A stretch of DNA of 64,000 nt, taken from assembly GCA_001771135.1 (NCBI GenBank), contig MESW01000002.1:69315-133314 (forward strand). The letters run 5' to 3'. A program made the translations under genes and the position numbers. This stretch comes from a candidate division CPR3 bacterium GWF2_35_18 (GTDB taxonomy: Bacteria; Patescibacteriota; CPR3; GWF2-35-18). Every line of letters begins with the position of its first letter. Position 1 is the first letter of the stretch. Of this stretch, positions 1 through 8,806 are shown one piece after another. The notes under the pieces are model-generated. The model had not been told where the DNA came from. It ran no database searches and was given only the letters and a program-made list of their open reading frames with translations.

Positions 1-128
1 ATTAACTCATTTACTACAATGCAAACTTATCAATTTATTTGTCAAACAGGTGCATTCTTATAAGTTCATTTTTTAATGAATTTCTAAACTCCTTCATATG
101 GTGATTTAAATTATGATAGAATTTGTTT

Positions 129-1346
129 ATGAGGATTTTGCAGATCAACAAATTCTTTTATCCCAAAGGGGGATCGGAAACTTATTATTTCTCTCTATGT
201 AATCTCTTAGAGAAACATAAACACGATGTGGTTCACTTTTCCATGCAGGACAATAAGAATGAAAACTCTCCGTACAAAGATTATTTTGTTTCCCATCTTA
301 ATATTACCAAGCCACAAGTTAATCTAAGCTCAATTGGGCAGATTTCTCGTTTAATTTGGTCAAATGAAGCTCAAAAAAAGCTAGAACAATTACTTACTAA
401 GGAAAAAATTGATATTGCGCATCTTCACAATATCGATCGTCATCTTACGCCATCAATCATTCCAGTCTTAAAGAAACACAAAATTCCGGTTGTAATGACA
501 TTACATGATTATAAAATTATCTGCCCCAATTCCTTACTTTTTGCAAATGGCGAAATTTGTGAAAGATGTAAAGGAAGAAAGTTTTATAGTCCATTTCCCC
601 AAAAATGTATCAAACAGTCTCGTTCTATATCATTGATTGGATCGTTTGAAGCCTATTACCATCTTTGGAGGAAGGTTTGGAAGAAAGTTGATCTTTTTAT
701 CTCGCCAAGCCAGTTTTTAAAGCAAAAAATGCAGGAATTTGGTGTTAGTCAAGAAAAAATTACTTATTTACCTCTTTTTCTTGAGGGAAAAGCAAAAAAG
801 ATTACTAAATCAACATCAAAAGGGTATTTCCTCTATTTTGGACGTTTAAGCCCGGAAAAAGGGGTAAAAACTTTAATGGAGGTATTTTCCAAGCTGCCCC
901 AAAAAACTTTAAAAATTGCCGGTTCTGGACCTCAAGAAGAGGAATTAAAAATGATTGCTAAGGATTCAAAAAACATTGAGTTTTTAGGTTTTCAAGATAA
1001 AAAAGCCATAAAAAGATTATTAACTGGCGCTAAAGGAGTAATTATTTCTTCGATCTGGTTTGAGAATGCTCCTTATACGATTATGGAGGCGATGTGGCAA
1101 GGTAAAGTGGTCTTAGGAAGTAGAGTGGGTGGAATTCCAGAACTTATTGATGATCAAAAAAGTGGTTTATTATTTAATCCTTCAAATATTCAAGACCTAA
1201 TGAGTAAAATAGAATTTCTAGAGAAATATCCCGCGAAATTAGTATCCTTTGGAAGTGAGGCTAAAAAGAGGGCAGAAGCGTTATTTAATGAAGAGGATCA
1301 TTACCAAAGATTAATTCAGATCTATCAAAAAGTAAGTTCTACTTAA
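129..1346 (+). CDS. Glycosyltransferase family 4 (GT-B)
   Basis: MRILQINKFFYPKGGSE N-terminus; YFGRLSPEKG and ENAPYTIMEA motifs. ATG at 129 preferred over TTG at 123. Confidence 0.9.
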   Translation: MRILQINKFFYPKGGSETYYFSLCNLLEKHKHDVVHFSMQDNKNENSPYKDYFVSHLNITKPQVNLSSIGQISRLIWSNEAQKKLEQLLTKEKIDIAHLHNIDRHLTPSIIPVLKKHKIPVVMTLHDYKIICPNSLLFANGEICERCKGRKFYSPFPQKCIKQSRSISLIGSFEAYYHLWRKVWKKVDLFISPSQFLKQKMQEFGVSQEKITYLPLFLEGKAKKITKSTSKGYFLYFGRLSPEKGVKTLMEVFSKLPQKTLKIAGSGPQEEELKMIAKDSKNIEFLGFQDKKAIKRLLTGAKGVIISSIWFENAPYTIMEAMWQGKVVLGSRVGGIPELIDDQKSGLLFNPSNIQDLMSKIEFLEKYPAKLVSFGSEAKKRAEALFNEEDHYQRLIQIYQKVSST

Positions 1347-1584
1347 TTTCTTTTACGCTAATAGACTGTGAAGGGCAAAACTGCTGCGTTTCTTTGAGGA
1401 TTGAATAATCTTCATCGTCTACTTCAGTAGTTAGTTCGTACACTTTAGTTTTTTTATTTAGACTGCCACCAATTAGTTGTGATTTGGTGTCATCTCCCAT
1501 TTGCCAATATTTTGTTGTTAGAGTGGCACAAGTTCCAGTACCGATACAAGTTTCATGGTTGAAGGTAACTTTTACTTTTTTCAT
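1339..1584 (-). CDS. Ferredoxin, probably monocluster [3Fe-4S] type
   Basis: CIGTGTC...FCP motif (second Cys replaced by Thr); 81 aa; directly follows the radical SAM gene. Confidence 0.8.
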   Translation of the reverse strand: MKKVKVTFNHETCIGTGTCATLTTKYWQMGDDTKSQLIGGSLNKKTKVYELTTEVDDEDYSILKETQQFCPSQSISVKEIK

Positions 1585-1594
1585 AAGATACTCC

Positions 1595-2608
1595 TTATTT
1601 TAGTACTTTTTGTCCCAAGTGTACCTTGAGTTTATTTTTTATTGCCCAAAGTAAAACATTCCATTTATTTGCTTCAAAAGAGCCGCGTAGGGTACAGATC
1701 ATCCATGCCTCATAAGGATTATTTTTACAGGTGGTTTGTCTGGCTTTCTCAGCTTCCTGCGAATTGACGATATCGTTGATATTTTGGTTTTTAATATTAC
1801 CAATTTCATGATTAACATAATCGGCCGGATAAACTTGTCCTTTAGGGGATACAAATACAGAGTCTTTTCCTGAGCCTTCCGGTAAAACTCTTTCGTTATA
1901 GCGGAAAAATCTCCAGGCACCATAGTCAAAATAGGCTCTTGCCCAACGTTTTACAGAGAAAGATTTAAGCTCTTTATCAATAAGATATTCAAGTTGAGAG
2001 CGGAGATTATCAAAATTTTTGATTTTATTGTCGGTTTTTTTGAAGAAGATTTCCGAGTTTTGAGCGAGAGCTAGAGAAAGCTCAATTTTCAAATCGCGGG
2101 TTAAGTTATAAATTCTTTCTGCTTCTCCAGGGTTTTCATCCAGAATCGTGTGTCCAATACCCAGATTCTTGACGCCAATTTCTTGTAATGCCTTGATAGT
2201 GGCAATACATTTATCAAAAGCGTGTGGAATTCCGCGGGTTTGTTCATGCTTTTCGTACATACCATCGATAGAAACACGGATACCAATCTGAGGATAAAAG
2301 GTTAGAATTTCTTCAACGCGGCGACTAATGAAATCAGTCAAAAAACCGTTTGTAGAGATGATTATTTGAGCCTTTGGTGAATATTTTCTGATTTGACGGA
2401 CTATTTCTACAATATCGGGTCGTAAAAAAGGTTCTCCTCCGGTAACGTTCACGTATTTTGCCGTTGAAGGAAGATTTTTTAAGTCTTGCGTAGTAAACTC
2501 TCCTTCATGATCACGCTCTTTCCAAATATTACACATGATACAGCGGGAGTTGCATTTATAGGTGATAGCTAAAACGACATCCACAACTTCATATTGTTGA
2601 TTTGACAT
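1595..2608 (-). CDS. Radical SAM protein with degenerate SPASM/twitch domain
   Basis: CNSRCIMC, TGGEP, STNG, VSIDG motifs; SPASM-like C-terminus SPKGQVYPA...IGNI. Confidence 0.9.
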   Translation of the reverse strand: MSNQQYEVVDVVLAITYKCNSRCIMCNIWKERDHEGEFTTQDLKNLPSTAKYVNVTGGEPFLRPDIVEIVRQIRKYSPKAQIIISTNGFLTDFISRRVEEILTFYPQIGIRVSIDGMYEKHEQTRGIPHAFDKCIATIKALQEIGVKNLGIGHTILDENPGEAERIYNLTRDLKIELSLALAQNSEIFFKKTDNKIKNFDNLRSQLEYLIDKELKSFSVKRWARAYFDYGAWRFFRYNERVLPEGSGKDSVFVSPKGQVYPADYVNHEIGNIKNQNINDIVNSQEAEKARQTTCKNNPYEAWMICTLRGSFEANKWNVLLWAIKNKLKVHLGQKVLK

Positions 2609-2628
2609 TATTAATTTCTCCTTTCTTT

Positions 2629-2657
2629 TTTATACCTGAATTATTACAATTTGTAAA
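2629..2657 (-). promoter_or_regulatory. Sigma70-type promoter of the radical SAM-ferredoxin pair
   Basis: TTTACA-17 nt-TATAAA on the minus strand, followed by an AAAGGAG RBS. Confidence 0.5.
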
Positions 2658-2752
2658 TTACGATATTTTAATTCTGGTTATACCTAAACTTCATTTTTTT
2701 ATTCAGGAAGTTTGGTGTATCTCATGGATTGCATCTTATAGGCAATATTGTT

Positions 2753-3949
2753 TTAAATTCTATTTACAGAAAAAAGCTCAAAAGATGGTCCAAATGAATA
2801 TTCAGAAGGTTTTTTATTGTTATTGTGATAATAAATTTTGAAAGTTTTCCTGACTATTTTATCCCAATGATATTGTTTTACAATCTCTTTTTGTTTTTCT
2901 AATCCCAATTTTTTGATTTTTCTTTCATGAAAAGTTGCGTATTTTAATTTTTTCTTCAGATCAAGGACATTCTTATTTTCAAAATTAAAACTATTCTTTC
3001 CAGTTACTTCAAGGTTTGCTGGAATATCTGAAGTTAAAACCGGTATTCCATAAGAGATTGCTTCCAGCACTGTTAGAGCCATACCTTCAGATTCTGAAGG
3101 TTGGATGTATAAATAAGCATTACTGAAAAGTTCGGTTAGAATTTTCCCTGTTTGATAACCGGTAAAAACGATGTTCGCGTTACCATAAGAGAGTGCTTTC
3201 AGCTCTTGGACATAATCATCCGTAAAAGCGCTGTCACCAACAATAACTAACTTTTTATCCTTTTTAGATACTTTTGGGTATAATTTTTGATAGGCCTCAA
3301 TTAGATAATGTATTCCTTTGTGTCTAACGAGCCTTCCTACTGTGAGGAAATAGGAATTCTTTTTTAATCCAAATTTATCTAAAAATAAGGCTTTAACATC
3401 AGGTTCTGTATAGTTTATTCCATTCGGGATAAAGGTGACTTTTTTGTGATACCTTTTTTCTAAATAGTGCTGCATATTTTGTGAAACCACAATTACTTCA
3501 TGGGGAAAAGTTAGACAAGCAATTTCACCTAGCTTCAGCATTGTTCTTGCAAAAAATCCCCATTTTTGATGTTCATAGTCAGCACAATGGTAGGTTGCAA
3601 TTATTCTTGTTTTTGGCTTGAAAATTCTAGGAATAAAAGAAAGAAGTGTTGGACCAATTCCTTGGTAATGAATTACATCATAATCTTTTGTTAGTGCATG
3701 CAGAGTAGAGAATAGTACATGCGTTATGGTATCTAAATGTTTAGTTTTAACTGAGGGAATAAAAACTTGTTTTAAATTTTGATTTTTTATTTTTAATTTC
3801 TGACTTTTTTCTACATACCATTTACGACAATAAATATAAACCTCATTTTCAGGGTTTTTTGTGAGTCTTTTGCCTAGCTCTTCTACATGACGTTCAACAC
3901 CACCATAAGAAGCAGGTATTCCTTTTTGTCCAATATAAGCAATTTTCAT
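2753..3949 (-). CDS. Glycosyltransferase family 4
   Basis: GQKGIPASYGGVE, VGRLVRHKG, EGMALTVLEA. Confidence 0.92.
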   Translation of the reverse strand: MKIAYIGQKGIPASYGGVERHVEELGKRLTKNPENEVYIYCRKWYVEKSQKLKIKNQNLKQVFIPSVKTKHLDTITHVLFSTLHALTKDYDVIHYQGIGPTLLSFIPRIFKPKTRIIATYHCADYEHQKWGFFARTMLKLGEIACLTFPHEVIVVSQNMQHYLEKRYHKKVTFIPNGINYTEPDVKALFLDKFGLKKNSYFLTVGRLVRHKGIHYLIEAYQKLYPKVSKKDKKLVIVGDSAFTDDYVQELKALSYGNANIVFTGYQTGKILTELFSNAYLYIQPSESEGMALTVLEAISYGIPVLTSDIPANLEVTGKNSFNFENKNVLDLKKKLKYATFHERKIKKLGLEKQKEIVKQYHWDKIVRKTFKIYYHNNNKKPSEYSFGPSFELFSVNRI

Positions 3950-4082
3950 GACTATTTTTAGGAAGGAAAAGCGAATGGACAGCCTCTTTTCCTTAATCTT
4001 CTCCTTTTATTCTTCTCTCTATTATTGATGTTTTTTAAGGTTATTATGCTTTATAATTGTCGTAACCTATAGAAAACGTTCA

Positions 4083-4111
4083 AGTATATCTTATAATTAG
4101 TGTGTTGTCAA
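4083..4111 (-). promoter_or_regulatory. Sigma70 promoter for the GT4 at 3949
   Basis: TTGACA-17 nt-TATACT on the minus strand. Confidence 0.6.
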
Positions 4112-4236
4112 ACCTATAGTTATAAAATACTCCTTATGAAATAAGCTTCATTTTTTGCCATAAAATAGCTTTAGATTGCAATAGTTTGAAATTTAATTGT
4201 GAGTAATAGAAATTAGAATGCTGATATGTAGGGAAT

Positions 4237-5472
4237 TTAGAGCATATTTGTATAGTATTGCTCAGTAAGATCTGCTATTTTATCCCAATGGTGAGTTGCG
4301 AATTCTTTAGGATGTAGATTTTTGGGATTATGATGATAAAGATTTTCATAAAACTCATCAGTCTTTTCTACTATTTGATCCCAAGAATACTTCTTTCGTA
4401 CATATAGACGAGCTTTTTCTCCGGTTTCTTTAATTAATTTAGGTTTGTGTAATAAGTTCACAAGTTTCTCTTTTAAATCGTCCACATTTCCTACTTTAAA
4501 TGAAAAACCAAAATCAGAAAGCGGCTCTAGGTTTTCAGGGATGTTTGAAGCAAGTACGCAATTGCTGTAGGCCATGGCTTCCAGAACTGCAATAGGAAGA
4601 CCTTCTGCTGCTGAAGGATGAACATATAGGTAAGTATTAGAAAAAAGCTCCGCGAGAGTTTCTCCCGTTTGAAATCCTGTAAAGATGATATTGGGATCTT
4701 CCTTTGCAAGGTTCTTTAAGTAATCCTCATATTGTCCACTTCCATCTGCTTTTCCTCCGACAATGACTAGTTTTGGATTTGTTTTATTTGGTTTTGGAAA
4801 TAAGAGTTGATATGCCTTGATCAAAGTATGAATATTTTTATGTTTTACTAATCTTGCTACTGTTAAGATATATTTATCTTTTTCTAAACCCCAATCTTTA
4901 ATGTTTTTAGCTTTTTCTTTAGTGAATAGGGGAACTCCATTTGGAATATAGGTAATCTTTTTGTGGTATTTTTCTCTTACATATTCTTGAATAGTTTTAC
5001 TAACGGCTATTGTTCCATTGGGTATTTTGACGCAGACATGTTCTCCAAATTTTAAATAGCTACGGGCTAAAAAACTCCATTTTTGGTGTTCGTAATCTTT
5101 GCAATGGAATGTTGCTACAATCCGACTTTTGGTTTTTAGTAACTTAGGGATAAATAGTAGGGAAGAAGGACCAATTCCATGATAATGTATTACATCAGCC
5201 TTTCGAGTTAAAACATTCATTGTTGCCGTAAAAGTACTTGTTATCGCATCAAGGTTTTTAGTATTTATTGAAGGATTATTTAATAATTTTATCTTTTGAT
5301 ATGTTTTGGGAACTTTTTTGTTTTGAAAAACCAAGTTTTGATACCAAGGGCGGCAGTACACATAGACTTCATGTCCTTTTTTAGCAAGTCGAGAAGCTAG
5401 TTGCTCAACATGATGTTCTACGCCTCCGTAGGAAGCAGGAATTCCCTTTTGTCCAATAAAATAGATTCGCAT
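4237..5472 (-). CDS. Glycosyltransferase family 4 (tandem paralog of 2753-3949)
   Basis: Same GQKGIPASYGGVE and HCxDYEHQKW motifs; EGLPIAVLEA. Confidence 0.92.
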   Translation of the reverse strand: MRIYFIGQKGIPASYGGVEHHVEQLASRLAKKGHEVYVYCRPWYQNLVFQNKKVPKTYQKIKLLNNPSINTKNLDAITSTFTATMNVLTRKADVIHYHGIGPSSLLFIPKLLKTKSRIVATFHCKDYEHQKWSFLARSYLKFGEHVCVKIPNGTIAVSKTIQEYVREKYHKKITYIPNGVPLFTKEKAKNIKDWGLEKDKYILTVARLVKHKNIHTLIKAYQLLFPKPNKTNPKLVIVGGKADGSGQYEDYLKNLAKEDPNIIFTGFQTGETLAELFSNTYLYVHPSAAEGLPIAVLEAMAYSNCVLASNIPENLEPLSDFGFSFKVGNVDDLKEKLVNLLHKPKLIKETGEKARLYVRKKYSWDQIVEKTDEFYENLYHHNPKNLHPKEFATHHWDKIADLTEQYYTNML

Positions 5473-5492
5473 GGGATATAAATGATTACTTC

Positions 5493-6848
5493 TTAATTTT
5501 TCGTTTTGTGTTCACTGTATCGGTAATAATGACTCTTTTTATCACCATTCGGTTTTTTGTTATTGAGAATTGTCCCAATAATCTCTCCACCTACCTTTTT
5601 GATTGCTTCAACGGCCTTTTGTGCATTAGTACGAGTGGTCTTCCCGGATTCAACTACTAATATAGCTCCATCAACCATGGAAGAAATAATTGCGGCATCA
5701 GTAATTAAACCAATTGGTGGGGTGTCGAAAATAATAGTATGGAATTTAGCTTCCTTTAGTCTTTCAATTAAATGATACATTTTGGTTGAACCTAACCATT
5801 CTGCGGGATTAGGGAGAAAAGATCCAGAGGTAATTAAAGATAATCCATTTATTTGAGTTGATTCCCAAATGGTTTTAGGGAGATCATTTTTGGTTAAGAC
5901 ATCAGTTAATCCAAAGTTATTTTCAACTTTAAAAATATCATGTTGCGTAGGACGGTGTAAATCGGCATCAATTAAAATGGTTTTATAACCAGCTTGAGCC
6001 ATAATTACCGCTAGATTAGCCGTAATTTGCGACTTTCCTTCAGATGGTCCGGAAGAGGTAACAACAAATGCTTTTGTGGGTTTGTCAGGTTGTGAAAATT
6101 GTACATTAGTTCTTATTTCTCTAAAGGATTCCACAATTGGGTCATGTGGATCGGTTGTGGTTATTAAATTTCCTGCACGACGGTGGACTTCTTTGATATA
6201 AGAAACCGTTCCCAGATGAGGCAGGTTTAGATATTCTTTTATATCAAATTCATCTTTGAATGTATCATCCAAATATTCAATCAGGAAAATGATTCCAATG
6301 ATTGAAATGAAACTGAGAATAAAAGCTAAAGAGATTGAGAGTGCTTTTTTAGGGGAATCTGGTTTTTCTGATGGAAAAGCCTTTTCTACAGTTGCAATTG
6401 TATTATAACTTTGTTTATCACCTTGAAGCTTTATTACCTCTTCAGAAAATTTTTGAGCGATAGTATCAGCAATCTGTGCCGCTATTTCAGCATCTTTTGC
6501 TTTTACGGATATTGTGATAAGTTGAGTGTCTCTAACTAATTGGACGTCAACTTTTTTTAGAAGTTCTTCATAATCTGTATCAAGATTTACTTCTTTTATT
6601 ACAGACTCTAATACGGTTCTTTTAGAAATAACCTCAGCATATGTTTTTGCTAGTCTTTCGGATGTCATAATATCGTTTAGGTTAATTGTTTCGGTACTAG
6701 CAAGGTTAACCATGACAGTTGTAGAAGATTTGTAGGTAGGAGGAATCATGAAAACTAAAGCTGTTGTTGTCGCCGTAGCGAAAATCACAAATAGGACGAT
6801 GATGAATAAATATCGTTTAATGATAAAGAGGTAATTTTTAATATCCAT
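5493..6848 (-). CDS. Polysaccharide chain-length determinant/BY-kinase fusion (CpsC-CpsD/Wzc-like)
   Basis: Wzz-like N-terminus with 2 TM; Walker A GPSEGKS; IDADL; FDTPP; C-terminal HYYRY tyrosines. Confidence 0.9.
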   Translation of the reverse strand: MDIKNYLFIIKRYLFIIVLFVIFATATTTALVFMIPPTYKSSTTVMVNLASTETINLNDIMTSERLAKTYAEVISKRTVLESVIKEVNLDTDYEELLKKVDVQLVRDTQLITISVKAKDAEIAAQIADTIAQKFSEEVIKLQGDKQSYNTIATVEKAFPSEKPDSPKKALSISLAFILSFISIIGIIFLIEYLDDTFKDEFDIKEYLNLPHLGTVSYIKEVHRRAGNLITTTDPHDPIVESFREIRTNVQFSQPDKPTKAFVVTSSGPSEGKSQITANLAVIMAQAGYKTILIDADLHRPTQHDIFKVENNFGLTDVLTKNDLPKTIWESTQINGLSLITSGSFLPNPAEWLGSTKMYHLIERLKEAKFHTIIFDTPPIGLITDAAIISSMVDGAILVVESGKTTRTNAQKAVEAIKKVGGEIIGTILNNKKPNGDKKSHYYRYSEHKTKN

Positions 6849-6863
6849 GGCAGTAAAATGTTT

Positions 6864-7571
6864 TTAAAATGAACTATCATTTAAAATATTAGCACAGTTA
6901 GTTTGAGACAGCAATTGCCATTTTGTTAAGCCAATCAAAGATTTAATTTTAGACTCAACTTTGGTTAACGGATAAAAACGGTTTTGACTATTATGAGAAT
7001 CACTTCCAATTAGATCATAGTAACCATTTTTTAAGAATAATTCAGCCTGGTTTGTAATTTTTCTGTTATTTTCGATTAAAGAAACACTAGTTAATTGAAA
7101 GAGAACACCGAGTGATTTAATTTTTTTCACCATATCTAAATTGTATAAACAAGGATACCTTTCTGGATGGGCTAAAATTGGGCGAAGGTTATTTTTTAAA
7201 AGATATTCAAGCTGTGAGATTGTTTCTGTGGTTATGTCCGGATAAACATCTACAAGTAGATATCTGGAATTATTCAGGCTTTGAAATTGTTCTAATGGTT
7301 TTTGTTCAAAAATATAATCAGTTAATCTTACCTCTGATCCAGGATATACTTTAATATCCCATTTAAGTTCTTTTAGAGCATTGTTCAAGATCTTTATTTT
7401 ATCTTGAATTTCCTTTTTTGTGGGTTCCCAATAACCTTTCCAGAAGTGTGGTGTTGTAATAATATTTTTATAACCCGTTTGAACAAAAGCTTTTGCTAGA
7501 CTTAAACTTTCTGGAAAGTCTTGCGGGCCATCATCTATTTGAGGCAGTATGTGAACGTGAGTTTCAATCAT
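6864..7571 (-). CDS. PHP-family tyrosine phosphatase (CpsB/CapC/YwqE)
   Basis: HVHILPQIDDG, TPH, AHPERY, GSDSH. Confidence 0.9.
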   Translation of the reverse strand: MIETHVHILPQIDDGPQDFPESLSLAKAFVQTGYKNIITTPHFWKGYWEPTKKEIQDKIKILNNALKELKWDIKVYPGSEVRLTDYIFEQKPLEQFQSLNNSRYLLVDVYPDITTETISQLEYLLKNNLRPILAHPERYPCLYNLDMVKKIKSLGVLFQLTSVSLIENNRKITNQAELFLKNGYYDLIGSDSHNSQNRFYPLTKVESKIKSLIGLTKWQLLSQTNCANILNDSSF

Positions 7572-7587
7572 CTGGTTATAAAAATTA

Positions 7588-8268
7588 CTATTCTTCCATT
7601 TTCGCAGTTATAATCAGTCTTTTCAAGCTTGTTCCAGGAGGATAGCAGGTTTGAAGAGTGATTACCGGTTCGGCAAAATCTCTTGTTAAAGGTTCGATAT
7701 TAGTTGGATCAACAATGTCTTTACTATCAACGATATAGTTGTATCTGGTTCCTTTATAAAAGGTGACAATAGAATCTCCTTTTTCTAGTTGATGGAGTAG
7801 AGTAAAGACAGCATTGTATTTACTAATATTAAGAGGATCAACAGTAGAATGTGCAAATAGATATGCGTTTCCGATTTGCCCGGGGTATTTAGTTCCTTTT
7901 GCATGAGCGACTCCATTTTCCAGTGCTTGCCAATAACCTTCTCTAGTTGAAATATCAATATCAGGCTGAAAGTCAGTATTTAAATTGATCTTTTCGATTA
8001 TTATTCCAAATTCGGTTGATACCGGAGTTACTGACAAGGGTTTTTCTATTGGAATTTTGACAGAATTTGTTGACTCATCGGAGTTTAAATTTGATGATTC
8101 TTGATTATTACTTTTGAATAAGCGATGTAGCTGGTACTCAATTTCGGGTTTAATAATTGGGAAAAATATAAGGAAAAGATAGATAACACCACTAATTATT
8201 AAGAAGTTTGAGATATAAATAAGATATTTTCGATTTAGTTTTAGTTTTGGTTTTTTTTGTTTATTCAT
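7588..8268 (-). CDS. Sortase
   Basis: N-terminal TM; PGQIGNAYLFAHS, TLQTC, downstream Arg (KRLI). Confidence 0.9.
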   Translation of the reverse strand: MNKQKKPKLKLNRKYLIYISNFLIISGVIYLFLIFFPIIKPEIEYQLHRLFKSNNQESSNLNSDESTNSVKIPIEKPLSVTPVSTEFGIIIEKINLNTDFQPDIDISTREGYWQALENGVAHAKGTKYPGQIGNAYLFAHSTVDPLNISKYNAVFTLLHQLEKGDSIVTFYKGTRYNYIVDSKDIVDPTNIEPLTRDFAEPVITLQTCYPPGTSLKRLIITAKMEE

Positions 8269-8319
8269 GATTTTATAACCACATACATTTTTATTATTTT
8301 AAATAAGTTGGATATATAA

Positions 8320-8348
8320 TATATACCTGAATTTAGTTCATTTGTAAA
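8320..8348 (-). promoter_or_regulatory. Promoter of the sortase-cps operon
   Basis: TTTACA-17 nt-TATATA on the minus strand. Confidence 0.45.
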
Positions 8349-8404
8349 AAGAGAGATACTTAAGTAATGAGTAATAGTATATAAAATTTGGTAATAGTCT
8401 AATT

Positions 8405-8432
8405 TTGCAAATCAAATTAATTCGGGTATAAT
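8405..8432 (+). promoter_or_regulatory. Candidate promoter for the tRNA-Ile(UAU) locus
   Basis: TTGCAA-16 nt-TATAAT. Confidence 0.45.
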
Positions 8433-8571
8433 CAAAAAATGAGCTAGCATTATTCTATTAATTTATGTTATACCCAAATAACTCTAAAATGGGTAATACT
8501 CAAATGTATTTGTTGTAAATCTGAGTTTTTTAATATAAATGATTTTTATAGATTAGTAGAAGAATAAAAAT

Positions 8572-8612
8572 CAAGTGGTGCATAGCTTAAATGGGAGAGG
8601 ACTATGTTTATA
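8572..8612 (+). pseudogene. Highly degenerate tRNA-Ile 5'-half copy
   Basis: caagt-ggtgcatagcttaaatgggagaggactatgtttata aligns with 8616-8657. Confidence 0.6.
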
Positions 8613-8620
8613 TTGCAAGT

Positions 8621-8657
8621 GGGTGCATAGATTAAGTGGTAGAGCACCAATCTTATA
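8621..8657 (+). pseudogene. 5' half of an interrupted (outer) tRNA-Ile(UAU)
   Basis: GGGTGCATAGATTAAGTGGTAGAGCACCAATCTTATA matches the intact gene up to nt 37; D-stem damaged. Confidence 0.8.
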
Positions 8658-8665
8658 TGGTGACT

Positions 8666-8737
8666 GGGCGCATAGCTCAGTGGTAGAGCACCAATCTTAT
8701 AAGTTGGCCGTCCGTGGTTCGAATCCACGTGCGCCCA
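8666..8737 (+). tRNA. tRNA-Ile(UAU)
   Basis: Full cloverleaf: GGGCGCA/TGCGCCC acceptor, GCTC/GAGC D-stem, CCAAT-CTTATAA-GTTGG anticodon arm, CGTGG-TTCGAAT-CCACG T-arm, A73. CCA not encoded directly after A73. Confidence 0.9.
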
Positions 8738-8766
8738 GCCACCATTAATTTAGAATAAATTTTAAA

Positions 8767-8806
8767 TATAAGTTGGCCGTCCGTGGTTCGAATCCACGTG
8801 CGCCCA
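8767..8806 (+). repeat. Exact 40-bp copy of the tRNA-Ile(UAU) 3' half (3' half of the outer gene)
   Basis: TATAAGTTGGCCGTCCGTGGTTCGAATCCACGTGCGCCCA is identical to 8698-8737. Confidence 0.95.

Noticed and set aside
8446-8473. Possible dif site (TTATGTTATAC)
   Set aside because: Only a XerD-like arm; no matching left arm at 6-bp spacing.
8546-8728. 60-aa minus-strand ORF
   Set aside because: Antisense shadow of the tRNA-Ile copies.
8658-8770. Insert as a group I or archaeal BHB intron
   Set aside because: Too short and lacking a group I core. A bulge-helix-bulge could not be formed at the junctions, although the site is compatible with position 37/38.
8572-8806. CRISPR array interpretation of the ~45-bp periodic repeats
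   Set aside because: The units are tRNA halves with no unique spacers, and there are no cas genes.
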